Assembly (NCBI GenBank): GCA_964016885.1
Contig: OZ024741.1
Span: 377,394,001-377,458,000 of the forward strand
Direction: 5' to 3'
Source of the DNA: Eledone cirrhosa
Lineage: Eukaryota
DNA: 64,000 bases
The position numbers were made by a program, and so were the translations under genes. Under the pieces are notes generated by a model, which was given only the letters and a program-made list of their open reading frames with translations, was not told the DNA's origin and did no database searches. Shown in pieces: positions 1 to 12,653 of the stretch. The stretch's first letter is position 1; each line of letters starts with the position of its first letter.

Positions 1-450
1 GATTCATGACCATAGGTTGGAGTTGATACGAATGCCGAATTGAAGATAGTGAGTTTGGCTTTTACACCTTACTTGCTGATTATCGAATGTTAAAGCTGGC
101 AAATTACTGCACCAGCTCCATCAATTATTGCGATGAATTAAGCCTCCTGCCTTCCATTACTCGTGATCACCGCCCCGAGATACTTGATCTGCTCCTCCTG
201 ATTCAGTAGAACTCCATTCAAGTATAGAGTGTACTGTGCAGGATGGTTTGGGATGACGAGTATCTTTCGCAACACTGATATTCATTCCAGTCATTCCAGC
301 ACTCGGCATCCTACGTATCAAATGCAAGTCAGTGATCATTTTCTGTCGAGGTGAGTAGCACTATGTCGTCTGCAAATTCAAGCCGACAGATTTTACACCC
401 GGCAGTCATGATACCACTTCAAACGTAGCTGCACATGTCGATCCCATAAA
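1..450 (-). mobile_element. Decayed RTE-like LINE reverse transcriptase fragment
   Basis: Minus-strand translation across frameshifts gives GCKICRLEFADDIVLL (RT catalytic motif, ~352-400), EQIKYLGA (~172-195) and AKLTIFNSAFVSTPTYGHES (~1-60), in the order expected for an RTE RT C-terminal region. Confidence 0.65.
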
Positions 451-2094
451 TTCCTTATCATTATGATTATTTTCATGGAATAAGCATATCAAATACCTAG
501 GAAACTAAGTAACATTAAGATCTGTTTTTAAAGAATAGTATTACTTTGTGAATTAGAAAATCAATGAGACAAGAAGTGACAATTTTAAGTTTATTACCTC
601 ACACAAATTATTAAATAAGTATTTACTTGAAAGCAAATGCTATGAACTCATTTAGAAATTATCATTAGTGAGTAACATGTATACACGTTGAAATCGCCTA
701 TCTATTGACATGGTATTCAAAACAATTAACCACAAATATATATTTGAACTGGTTTCATTTTACAAAGGAAGCAGGCATGAATAGAATACGAACTTTTACA
801 AATTACAAATGAACGGAATATCAAGGTGGTTAAAAAAAGCATAATACAGTAATGTATATTAAGTTTGTTTAGAAATTGAAAGCTAACACAAATTTGGCTC
901 TTTCTATAGTTCGTTACATATCCATGGGAACATTGAGGGTTTGAAACAAATATAAAGGTGAATATTGAGTTGAGAAGATAGCCAATATCAGTTTGCACAT
1001 GCTTTCAAACCCTTCTCTAATATCAATCATAGACATATAGCTCCATTATTCAGAAATATAAATTATATACTGTATCATAAATGTACATAAGCACTGGTTA
1101 TATATGGCACTGTTATTTAAATAAAACTAACATATATACTTTGACTCTTGACTTTTATAAGTGATAAAGTGATATATCACGATGAAAACTCTCTTTTATC
1201 CATTACTTATTTAGCTTTATAACTTATTATAGATTACATATTACTGGTATAGCAGTGTTTGATATATGTTTCTCCCTTCAATATAACATTTCTTATATTC
1301 TGATCTCTTTCCCCTGGACTTTCATTTCGTTGGCAATCACTTCAATTTATATGAATCTAAAGAATCGTTTTCCTTGCAAACACTATTCACAGTTCATGTA
1401 ACATAGATATAGAACTATATAAATATATATATGAGATCAATGTTTAAATTCAACATGCAACGTAAATCACAGAAATTTTAATGTAATTCTATTGCATAGC
1501 ATAGAATCGTTTACGAAGCCACATAGCACTGATTAACATATTATGGTTCAATAAAACCAATAAGATCAAATTTTGAGGAAAGATATATCGAATAATATTT
1601 TTCCCAATACATCTAAAACCCTATGCACCATTTTAATCTACTTACCATAAATCTAATGTTGGTTAAGGTATTCTGTGACGTATTCAATTGGTATTTTAAT
1701 GGAATTAATCTAAAGGCATACTTCTTCGTCAATATTCATTCTTTCTTTCTCTCCTTCTTTATTTTTCGTTCGTCTCCATAATATTTCTTAGAAACTTTGA
1801 ATACTCGAGAGAATATTTGACAATAAATACTAATATATCGATCGTAGTGTAGTTGATGTAGATGAAGTGCTCTTTTCCTTTTCAACTTATCAGAGAAATA
1901 TATGCATAATAGAAAGCCATTATTGGAATAATATTGACGAAAACTTCTTAAATGTCATTAATAATATATTTGTTTCAATGTTTGGTGGACTTCTTCGTCC
2001 TTCCATACATAACTTGACACCACATACTTTACATCATAACCAGGACGTTTCCGATCAATCATTCTCACTTACTCTAATATCACCCATCAGTGTC

Positions 2095-2290
2095 CTATCA
2101 TCATCATATGTACCGTTACTATCATCACAGTGATCACCATCATGATCATGGTCAAGTCCAACATCATTATCATCACCAACAGGACCATCACCACCACACC
2201 ACCGCCAACACCACCAACACCACCACCGCGACAAACGCCGCACCCACCGCTTCAATTTTAAAATATAAACACCACCACAAACCAACAAAG
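2095..2290 (+). repeat. Degenerate (CAT)/(CAC) trinucleotide low-complexity tract
   Basis: Visible CAT/CAC/CAA repeats; source of the His/Thr-rich spurious ORF. Confidence 0.8.
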
Positions 2291-2364
2291 GTTATAGAAA
2301 GGAAACTATAAATGAAACAACATTATCAAGGAAAGAGATGTGGCTCAATTTGGTAAACACATCA

Positions 2365-3002
2365 CATGCCCTCCTTATCCACTGGCACACAGCTGGATAA
2401 CGATTGACTGCGCATCGGCGTTTCCTTGAGGCCTGGTCGCCGCATCTGCGAGCCGTGGATCCACCGTGGATCCACCGAGGACTCTTTCGGCCTCCACCCG
2501 CTTTCCTGTCACCAGAGTGCCGGCTGCATTCCATGCCATGTTGCCCTCAAGGAGGTCAATAAGCATGACTTGGACACTGCATGCTTCCTCTCCCAGCTCG
2601 AGCCGGTGGGAATGGACCAAAGGGAAACGCAAAAGGCCAGACGGTATGACCATCTTCTCGTTCCGTAGTGGCAAAACCCTCGTCTGGGATGCCGCTAGCA
2701 GCGACACTTTCTCCAGCCGCAACATGGAGCAGTCTGCGACTAACCTAGGTACTGCTGCACGTCGGGCTGAGGAGTACAAACTCTCCAACAGGTTCGCGGT
2801 CGTGCCCTTTCCAGTGGAGACTTCTGGTGTCCTTGGCCCTAGGGCTACCTCTCTAGTCACCACCATATTCGCTGAGCTGGCCAGCCGTAGGTGTGAGCCT
2901 CACGAGTTGGAACAGCTCTTCCAGCGTATCTCCCTTTACCATCCTCCGGGGAAACGCCTTCTCCATTCTGTCCGCCGGGGCTGTGTGGAAGCCAGCGCCT
3001 AG
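2365..3002 (+). mobile_element. 3' fragment of a non-LTR retrotransposon with restriction-like endonuclease (CRE/NeSL-like)
   Basis: GC-rich island; a zinc-knuckle remnant (GLHPLSC...H) is followed by RPDG...LVWD...EEYK...FAVVPFPVETSGVLG, the PD-(D/E)xK RLE signature; frameshifted. Confidence 0.8.
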
Positions 3003-3343
3003 GACCCAATTTGCTCACCATATGGATTAATACATGTAACTTCTCTTTTACTTTCATTCACACATATATTCAAAATCAATCTTGGTCGCTTGAAAAACCG
3101 CACGATTGTGAATCCAATTATTTAACCACTAAGTCACGCGCCTTCAATACAATACTTCGAGGTCAATTTTAGATTTCATAATCCAAGGAATCATATCTAC
3201 TCTGTGCTAACAGTCGTCTGAAATTAATTATACACGCATTGTAATCTAATGAGAACTGAAGCCTAAAGCAAAACATTCTTAAAATTAAAGGATGTGTAAT
3301 ACTAATGTACTCGAATGAGAAATTTAGGAAGATACCTTAGTAA

Positions 3344-5129
3344 CACCGTGTAACATATTTTTTGTTCCACTGTTCTAAGTGTCATTTCCTGGTTTGTAAT
3401 ATCCCATTATTATCAAAACTCAGGCCTGGAGATGGATGGACCCCGACAGGGTTAAAATGCCCAAGAAACGCCTTATGCCAATAATGCACCCCTACGATTC
3501 TACCAGGAGTTACGGGACCATACACACATGTTAAAAATATACGGACATTTAAATGCCTTGCGATATTGAATTATTCTGATTGTGTAGATTTATCTTCTGC
3601 GATTTACATTCCATTATATCTGTTTACTAATGCAGCGTTATATGAATTGCAATTACACCGTGTAACATATTTCTTGTTCCCCGGTTCTAAGTATCATGTC
3701 CTGGTTTGTCATATCCCATTATTATTATTAGAAAACACTATTATTTAATCATATGTTTGGGTTTGTGGTCAGAAGTTTGATATTTCCAAATGTTCATATT
3801 TTTCAAGAAAAAACACATTTTTTTATCTTATCAGTTCATATAATCAACAGAGTATATATTTATTTTATGACACAAGCTTATCAAAGGCAAACAATTAAAA
3901 ACAAATAACACTTATAAAGCAACTTATACACGTCAGAAATGACTGGATTTCCTGGATTTTCGTTTGTAGTTCAGGTCGCATTCGCGCACTAGCCCCCATA
4001 TAAAGACCCCCATCATTTTTTCATTGTAGTGGCTCTGGTACCTCCGCTCTATATATTTCACATCTTGGTGGAATCGTTCGCATTTTTCTTCTTAGTAGGC
4101 GCCCATATTGTCCCTAAATGTTTCCAGTTGAGCCTCCAGCATATGGAGTTTAAGCGACATCCTGCATCCCATGGCGCCAAAAGCCTTTATCAGATCCTAC
4201 ACCAGTAGCTGGTAGTTTTCAGCTCTGTAGTTGCCCAGGAAGCCCTTAACAACTGCCTTGAAACAGTTCCATGCTGTTCTTTCAATGCTATTGAGCTTAT
4301 TGAAGAACTCGGTAGACTCAAACACCTTCTTTATCTGAGGTCCAACAAAAATTCCACCTTTGATTTTGGCCGCAGATAACTTCGGGAAGAACTCAAAAAG
4401 GTACTTAAAAGCGTCTGATTCTTGGTTGAGATCCTTCACAAACTTCTTCATCAATCCAACTTAATGTGCAGTGTCGGCATGAGCACGATCCTGTAATCAA
4501 CCAGTGGCTCCCACACGACGTTCCGGGTCCCAACTTGTTTCGATTGTGGAGGAGATCAGCCTTCAAACTTGTGGTGGAGCAGTCTATAAATAGCCGCCAC
4601 TCATTGGGCACAAACGGCACCCCAATAACGTCAAACAGTCCAGGCATGTCATGGCAGAAGCAGAGGCCATCCCTAAGAGTTTAAAAGCATGAGAAAGGTT
4701 CGTGTCGACTTCTCTGACTTGTCACTTGCACTTCCTCCTTGACTAAGTTCCACTGCTTCATCCTGGAGACGAATGCTGAAAACACAACTTACTCTTTATT
4801 CAGGGTGCGAACATCCAGTATCAATAATCCCTTTTTTAACAATTTTATACTTTATTGCACTTTTATAAATTTCTTTAGGTATTACTCTTTATTTTATCAT
4901 TTTAATTTAACCTGAAACATATACAAAAAAAATAATTTAACATGAGAAAATTAAAATCACATACAAGGTAAAATCGAGCATACAAATAATTCTAGTGAAT
5001 AGCTTAGAATTTTTACAAAATCAAACTTTTAACTATTTAATAGCACTTTTTTATTTATTTGGGACCTAAACAACACACAAAAGTGATTACAAGCCAGGAA
5101 CAGAGAAAAAGAAATTGTGTTACACGGTG
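3344..5129 (-). mobile_element. Decayed Chapaev3-like (CMC) DNA transposon with TIRs
   Basis: Terminus CACCGTGTAACA at 3344 (second copy at 3656) and its reverse complement ending at 5129; TAA on both outer flanks; transposase remnants NEWRLFIDCSTTSLKA.LLHN and FPKLSAAKIKGGIFVGPQI...FLGN. Family assignment is from recalled motifs. Confidence 0.7.
3930..4790 (-). pseudogene. Transposase pseudogene (Chapaev3-like)
   Basis: ORF pieces 4405-4647 and 4197-4454, with frameshifts and internal deletion. Confidence 0.7.
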
Positions 5130-5499
5130 TAATTTTTAATGATCCGAAATGTTTGCCGATGCACCACCCGTCATAAAATGAAGATCGGATGAGGAGCTCA
5201 GAGAGAAACCCGAGAGAAGACGTGGAAAGCACATGTCTATTCAATTTGAAACAAATCACCCCCTCTGCTATATAATGATTCGGTTTACATCACTAAGTCA
5301 TTGTTGAAGGAAACGAAGATGAAACATAATTTTTGTGTAACGCAAGAAGCACACGTTTATTTTCGAGGCTTCACTATCTTCATTATGTATGATAGTGTCA
5401 CACATCATAAGTAGGTACTCGTTGACCTTCTGCTGGTTTTATGCTTGCTACACAATTATGCATGCATACATACATGTATACACGCATACATATATGAAC

Positions 5500-5562
5500 A
5501 CGTACATGCTTGCACACACACACACACAGACACACACACACACACGCGCGCACATATATTTA

Positions 5563-5647
<85 letters not shown>
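5500..5647. repeat. Compound (CA)n/(TA)n/(TG)n microsatellite
   Basis: Directly visible. Confidence 0.95.
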
Positions 5648-5648
<1 letters not shown>

Positions 5649-5905
5649 GTTATAGTTTGGGAGGGCCATGCGGCCAATAAAAACACGCGCACCTTTGGTT
5701 TTCACTTTAATTTATCATACAGTTCCGGTTGGTTGTTGGTTCGATAACCGGATGGTTGTTCATATATCATCAAAGCTCTTTTGTCACATATTTTGTGACT
5801 TCCAAAAGAGCGACACAAAGTAAAAACCCAGTCAGTGAGGAGGTCACAATATATGTTCAACACATGTTTTCAGATAAGAAATCTTGCAAAACAAATTAAA
5901 CATGA
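5648..5905. mobile_element. Diverged, internally deleted copy of the foldback family at 48471-49047
   Basis: Shares the terminus GTTATAGTTTGGGAGGGCCATG.GGCCAATAA, the GTCAC...GTGAC stem and the TTCAACAC...TTTCAGATAA...AATCTTGC tail with 48471-49047. Confidence 0.75.
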
Positions 5906-5929
5906 AGTATACATACCAACAGAAAATTA

Positions 5930-8690
5930 CTATTCCAAACGTGCTAGGCACGCAAATATTGAATAAGGCCTTGAAATTAGCTAAAATTAATACTGATATT
6001 TATCTAAGAAATAAATAGATGTTATACTGGCGGCTTAGAACACCAATATAGAATTTAACGTTAGTTACTGGACTAGAGCTGATCGACCTCATAATTTTGA
6101 CATTACAATGGGGTAAAGTGATTCTGCTCAAGTTACTGACATTGAAGGCATTTACCTCCTGCAGAAGCTGAGAGAGGATTTACCCATTCAACAAGGAGAT
6201 ATATATAGGGACGACGCTCTCCTTGTGTATTAGTAATGTTAACTGACATATGATAGAACATACTTAAGAAACACTTAGATGTTTTTAAAGCTTTGGACTC
6301 TCTATTACTCTTGAATCTAACCACGAGGTAGTAACTTTCCTAGATTCCACTTCAGAGCATGATACAGGGCTCTATCATACATATCATAAACTTGGCGAGA
6401 TCCTAACTTATATTAATAGTCTTTCTAACCCCCCCCCCCCCCGCATATTCTTAGATCTATTGTAAAATAGAATTTCTCAATACAAGATAACCACATGTTT
6501 AATAGACTGGCTTGTTATACCCAGGTATACCTAAATTGGTTATTAAATATGATTAGTAAAACTTTCCTTTTTTATATCCTTATCCAACCCCTTTTTTATT
6601 ATAGTTTTAGGGGAAGATCTATTTTCCACATAATTTCTAGACTCTCTGCGAATGAATATATATTTAACGAAATAGCTTGGTACTACCATGAGGCTCTTTC
6701 CTGATCAGGCTCTAATGATGAGGTTTATTACTCCACTACTGTTTTATCTACCCATAGTTTGCTTAATAATAATATGAAAATAATAAACATAAAAACAGAT
6801 ATAAAAAGAGTAGAACTTCTTGTAACAATGGTTTGCTACCCACGCCTAGCAATGAGTCCGAAATAAAATGTATTAGATACCCTAAGCATCCTAACCAACT
6901 AGTTTCCTATAATAGTAAAATTTCACTCGTTAGTACGAATAATAGCTTAAAAGATACTCTACAATTATCTGTAAACCCTCCTAGTTCCGGAAGTACTCCT
7001 CACCATGAAAGGTCTAAAAATACTTCCTGGTATAATCTTCTGTTCTCCCGTAGCGTGGCGTCTAACCTCCCTGAAAAAAGTTATTTTGCATCGTACGCAG
7101 CAACATCCCTCCTAGTCATAAGTACTATAGATTATTTAACAAAAATAATGTTACAATTTCTTTCTGTATTACCCCTAACATTGCCCACCATACTGCGTTT
7201 AGTAAACATAAGACATTAAATAAACATCGTGCCTCCCATAGTGTTATTATCTCTATATAATTTGACCCTTTAAAGAATAATAGTTCTAATTTAAATAGGT
7301 CTTCTGTTAACTCCCCTTTCACCTCTCCTTCAAGTTTCTCTCTTACTATTTCACCCACTTACTAACACCACTGGCTCCAACGTTAATTCTTACTGACAAA
7401 ATCGTAATAACTGCCCACTTGGCTGTCATTGTCTTACAACTACCATAGTATATAGAAGCATTGTTAACAACCAAAGTGACACTAAAACGTAAATCGCTAA
7501 CAGATTAAAGACTCGATTTAATTCCTACATTCATTCCTTTAAGAACAGAACATGCAAAATAACATGTCTTTAGCAAGATATATTAATGAACTGGTGGTAT
7601 CTATTATTGAATACTCTTTAGTCTGGGATATCGTAGGTAAATCTTCTCCATACAATGATCGCAAAGGGCATTGTGATTTCGGTTTATCGGTAACTTTTTC
7701 ATTACTATGTCCAAGCCTAGACTAATTAATGATCGCAATGGAATTGTAGTTAACTGTTATCATCGATTGGCCTATTCGTTTGCTAGCAGAGTTTGTGATT
7801 CCATTTAGATTCTAATAGTTGACTTAGCAAACATGTTGCCTATCTTACCTATTCTACCTAACTCCCTAACCTATTTTATCTTGATATTTATTCTCTTCAC
7901 ACTCTAACTAAAATAATTGTTATTCCCACTTGGCATAATCATATATTACCCCTCATTCAACTCACTTCACTGTTCTTTCCTAGATTAATATGTGTGCTTT
8001 TTATTGATTATTGTTAATTTCTCCTATCTCTTCACTTTATATGTATATTCTATCTAACTTACTGTAGGTCATAGCTATCTAAGCATCACAAACTTCCCAA
8101 TGCATCCCTTCATCTTAATACTGTTTATCATGAATCCGCAACTTGAAGGACCGTTTCCTCCATATATGATATATCATATATTCTTTGAGTACATTCTCTA
8201 TAACATTTTTCTTTCTGTTTTCTATTAGGTTTTATTCTTGTTTTGTTATTTATAATAACTGTTCTTAGGTCTATAATTTATTTGCCTTCGCTTAACACTT
8301 TGACATTTTCCTTGTCTTCTTTATGTAATTATTTTACACCTTTGATTGATCCCCAACTAGCACTTCTTCTCTCCCTAATTTCCAATTGTTGATGGACCGG
8401 CACCCGCGTTGTATGTTGATACGTTTAAACAGCTCATAAGCATAATTGGTATTCTATAAAATTCCAGCGTATACAGCTCAGAGCAATGGCAAAGGGATGT
8501 ATAGCCTTGATAGCCACTAAAAATTGAGAAACAATCAACAGGGATTTTGGTGAAGCTAGGTATGTGACCATAGTCACTGCCATAAATTGATAGCGAAAGG
8601 CCTTCAAAATAAACAATAAGCATATTGTTAAATATACAATACGTACATTCCTATATGCATCGCTATTTCTGAGCTACATATATCCCCCTA
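5930..8690 (+). mobile_element. Heavily decayed Hydra-type Penelope-like element (RT-GIY-YIG remnants + 3' UTR)
   Basis: FDITMG*SDSAQVTD (~6095-6140), FLD (~6337), HKYYRLFNKNNV (~7118), GIY-YIG region remnants to ~7780; many stops. Confidence 0.75.
8544..8610 (+). ncRNA. Decayed type I hammerhead ribozyme motif
   Basis: Stem I ATTTTG/CAAAAT, stem II GCTA/TAGC with inner GTGAC/GTCAC hairpin, GAAA, palindromic stem III AGGCCT; the CUGANGA box is damaged (GTGAA). Confidence 0.5.
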
Positions 8691-8862
8691 TCTCTCTCTC
8701 TCTCGGTCTCTCTCTATATATATATAAATAAAGGCTCTTGCCATCCTCCTATAGTTTTTAAAAACCTTATCCCTAATATTAACCGTAGGATCTCCACCCT
8801 CTCTTCCTCAGAATCTATTTTCAATAAGGCATCACCCTACTATAATAAAGCCCTTCAAAGTA

Positions 8863-9618
8863 GTGGATTTAGCGAACCGATTAAGTACATACCCAACAAT
8901 ACTAACTCTTTTAAACATAATAATAGGAAAAGAAAATAATCTGGGTCACCCCCCCCCCTACTCTCTAGCAGTTAAAACTAATGTAGGAAAACAATTCCTA
9001 GAGCTCTTAGATAAACATTTCCCTAGAACACATAGATATTATAAGATCTTCAATAGAAACTGTGTCAAAATTAGCTACTCCTGCGGTCCGCCTATTAAAT
9101 CTTATATCATCAATAATAAATCACCCAGAGAACATCAAAATTGCTCCTGTAGAGTCAAAAGTGAATGCCCATTACAAGGTAAATGCAACATCAAAGCCAT
9201 TGTATATGCGGATAAAGTGACAACCATCAGCAACAACCAACCGGCCACCAGTGAACGATATGTGGGTATGACACAAGACAAATTCCAAACGCGGTATTAC
9301 TCACATGTCGCATATTTTCGACATCCAGAAAAAAGATTCACAACAGCTCTGGCTAGCAGAATATGGGATTTGAAAGACCAAGGTATCCAATATAAATTGG
9401 ATTGGTCAATTTTGAACCAATCTAAAGTATATGCAAGAGGAACAACAATATGCACACTCTGCATAAGTGAAAAATATTGGATTTTACAGAACCTTAAATC
9501 ACCAAAAACCTTCCTAAATACAAATACAGAAATGTTCACCAGTTGCTCACACATGAAATCACACTTGCTTTCCTGCTCATATGAACTTAACGCACTTTCA
9601 GATACATATCCTCCATAA
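8863..9618 (+). pseudogene. PLE linker + GIY-YIG endonuclease fragment
   Basis: FPRTHRYYKIFNRN, CSCRVKSECPLQGKC, AIVY...YVGMT...FQTRYYSH, LASRIWDLK, CTLCISEK. Confidence 0.9.
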
Positions 9619-9679
9619 AGTCTTATTCTTCACTTTCTTTAAATTATCCTCTTTAAAGACTTCTCTTTCTGATTTACTT

Positions 9680-10057
9680 TCATTTTTAACTTTATTTTTA
9701 ACTTTATTTTTAATTTTATTTTTATTTTTATTTTTATTTTTATTTTTATTTTTATTTTTATTTAAATTTTTATTTTTATTCCTATTTTTATTTTTATTTT
9801 TATTTTTATTATTTTTATTTATTTTTATATTTATTTTTATTTTTATTTTATTTTTTATTTTTATTTTTATTTTTATTTTTATTTTTATTTTTATTTTTAT
9901 TTTTATTTTTATTTTTATTTTTATTTTTATTTTTATTTTTATTTTTATTTTTATTTTTATTTTTATTTTTATTTTTATTTTTATTTTTATTTTTATTTTT
10001 ATTTTTATTTTTATTTTTATTTTTATTTTTATTTTTATTTTTATTTTTATTTATTTT

Positions 10058-10107
<50 letters not shown>

Positions 10108-10150
10108 ATTTATTTATTTATTTTATTTTTTTTTATTTTTTTTTTATTTT
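9680..10150. repeat. (TTTTTA)n hexanucleotide tract with short (TA)n
   Basis: Directly visible. Confidence 0.95.
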
Positions 10151-11290
10151 TACTTCACATCGACCATTAACCCCTCCCCCTACTTTTCGATTCACTTACC
10201 TAATATCTTCACATTCTACATTTTACTTCATTTTATTTCACTACCTGATATCACTTGTCAGTTGCGTTTTAACTCCAGATATATTCTGTTGTTTCGCAGC
10301 CGATTATATATTTGTACTCATAGGGCTGGTTTATAATCTGTATCTATGTGTGAGTGTGCTTATGTGTTTATACCTTCTGTATATGTATAGGAACGCCTCC
10401 GTATGTGTGTGTGCGTACGTATATATATATGTGTGTGAATTGTGTTTTTATATCTGTTTTTTTATATCTATGTTTTTTACATACTTATTTATACGTGTGT
10501 GTGTATGCGGGTGACTGTATGTGTATGTATATGTATGTATATGTATGTAAGGGTGTGTATGTATATATGTATATATATATATAGTCGCGTACGTACGTGT
10601 GATTAGATATACATGTGGTGATATATATATATATATATATATATACGTGCCTCGTGTGTATGTATGTACGCATGCATGCGCTTTTGTCTGTACGTATTTG
10701 TGTGTATAAATATTTTTTTAATATATATATATGTGTGTGTACGTGCGTACCTATATTTGTTTTCTTTTCTCTAGTGTTAATTGATTACTTTCTCTTTGAT
10801 TTAAAAAAAATGTTCATTCTCATATATTGTTTCATTTTTATACATATATCGAGAATGACACTTCTTTTTACTATTACACTCCCTTCCCTCTTTATCTTCC
10901 GCATACAAGTGACCGCGCGTGTGTGTGTGTTTATAAGTGTGCTTTCATACTCGTATGTGTATTTAATACCTGTATCTGTATGCGTGTTAACTATATTATC
11001 TTACAATTTCTTTTTCAACTCATATTATATAGCATTTGTGGTCACATATACACAAATATACTTGCCCTCATATATGTACTTACGCAAAAATTATAACCAT
11101 ATACATGCATTTGTACATACACACATATGTACATTTGTGAGTGTATATACATACATATACACATACCCTAACTATATTTCCTTATCTTCTTTATATATCT
11201 CTTGCATTACTTTTATTTATATATTTTTTGGTCGTTAAACTCTTGCATTTCTTGGGGACACTTTTAAAATATTTCACTAATTTTTAAAGT

Positions 11291-11360
11291 GCCTTGTCCG
11301 ACGAATGAATGAGGACGTTTTTCGTATTTGTCTTATTCAGGAAACCTCTGGTAATGAGGT
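11291..11360 (+). ncRNA. Type I hammerhead ribozyme motif (U4C variant)
   Basis: Stem I GCCTTGT/ATGAGGT, core CCGACGA, stem II TGAATGAGGAC/GTCTTATTCA, GAAA, stem III ACC-TCT-GGT, triplet GUA; lies at the 3' end of a PLE. Confidence 0.65.
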
Positions 11361-11466
11361 AATTATATTGTATTGTTTATTATACATTATATATATATAT
11401 ATATATATAATGTATAATATAAAAAAAATATTTTTCTTCCTCATAATCGTCTCTTTCTCCCTGTTT

Positions 11467-11516
<50 letters not shown>

Positions 11517-11651
11517 GTATGGTGTTAACTGAACAGGGATATTCAGACCACATTATTGTCTGTCGGTTGCGAAGCAATCAACAACCTGTATAAATGGTGC
11601 AAGTTCGAGCGTTATCTATAAATAGAAGATCTTAGAGACTTTTAGGTTTGC

Positions 11652-11709
11652 CCGTCTGAAAGGCTCAGGCTATCATTGCCGATAATAGTCAGTGAAATAT
11701 GTATAACGG
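11652..11709 (+). ncRNA. Hammerhead-like motif in a ~200 bp island between (TA)n tracts
   Basis: Stem I CCGT/ACGG, variant core CTGAAAG, stem II GCT..GGCTAT/ATAGTC.AGT, GAAA, self-complementary ATATGTAT, triplet AUA. Confidence 0.55.
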
Positions 11710-11710
11710 A

Positions 11711-11857
<147 letters not shown>

Positions 11858-12029
11858 GGTAAGCATCGATGCAATTCAATTAATGCACTCAACGTACTTA
11901 TTTCACATAGGAGTGACGGAGTAAATATCGAATAAGGAAAAGCGAAGTAGTTTCAGATGTTCAATGTGGACACTGTCGCCATTGAAATATATATCACAGC
12001 ATCCGAAACTACTTCGCTTTTTCTTATTC

Positions 12030-12496
12030 TATATAAACTTGAACATAAATTACTCCACTTTGTTTCTCTCTCTCTTTAATCATCTTTCATTTGTTTTTTC
12101 AAGCCACCTACTAAATATATTATCACATCAGCTGTTTCTTCCTCTATGCTTTCCTTTCCCTACTCTTTCTCTAGTAGATTTTAAAAATTAAAAAAGTGTA
12201 ATAACTGTTATATTGATGCCATGTATTTCTTAAACTCTATTGCACGCACCCTCTCTATTGTTTGTATTATGTTATCTCATGTTCTCAATATTAGGGTATA
12301 AATATTGGCTTTTGTCATAAATTAATCACTACGATTAATGCATCTTAACCATATACTATGGCAGGGTATGTCATGTATTATTTTATTTTATCTGATGAGG
12401 ACTTACTGTTGAACTTAACTCAGTACCTCTGATATATGTATAATAAAATATAATTGATCACAAGAATATTTATTTTGTTAATATTTGAATTAATAT

Positions 12497-12500
<4 letters not shown>
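12030..12500 (+). repeat. Inverted copy of the terminal repeat (pLTR) of PLE family A
   Basis: Reverse complement of ~12541-13005, separated from it only by (TA)n; also matches 17050-17345 directly. Confidence 0.9.
12384..12450 (+). ncRNA. Hammerhead ribozyme, family A pLTR (GAAA mutated to GATA)
   Basis: Same motif as 17231-17297 with a core substitution. Confidence 0.65.
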
Positions 12501-12547
<47 letters not shown>

Positions 12548-12586
12548 TTCAAATATTAACAAAATAGATATTCTTGTGATCAATTA

Positions 12587-12653
12587 TATTTTATTATACA
12601 TATTTCAGAGGTACTGAGTTAAGTTCAACAGTACGTCCTCATCAGATGAAATA
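12587..12653 (-). ncRNA. Hammerhead ribozyme, family A 3' pLTR (sense to ORF, intact core)
   Basis: Reverse complement reads TATTTCAT CTGATGA GGACGTACTG..CAGTACCTCT GAAA TATGTA TA ATAAAATA. Confidence 0.8.

Larger units (their letters stand above)
8733..11385 (+). mobile_element. 5'-truncated Hydra-type Penelope-like element with microsatellite-rich 3' UTR
   Basis: HPPIVF..NRRISTLSS thumb remnant, then the GIY-YIG ORF 8863-9618; ends at (TA)n after a hammerhead motif. Confidence 0.8.
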
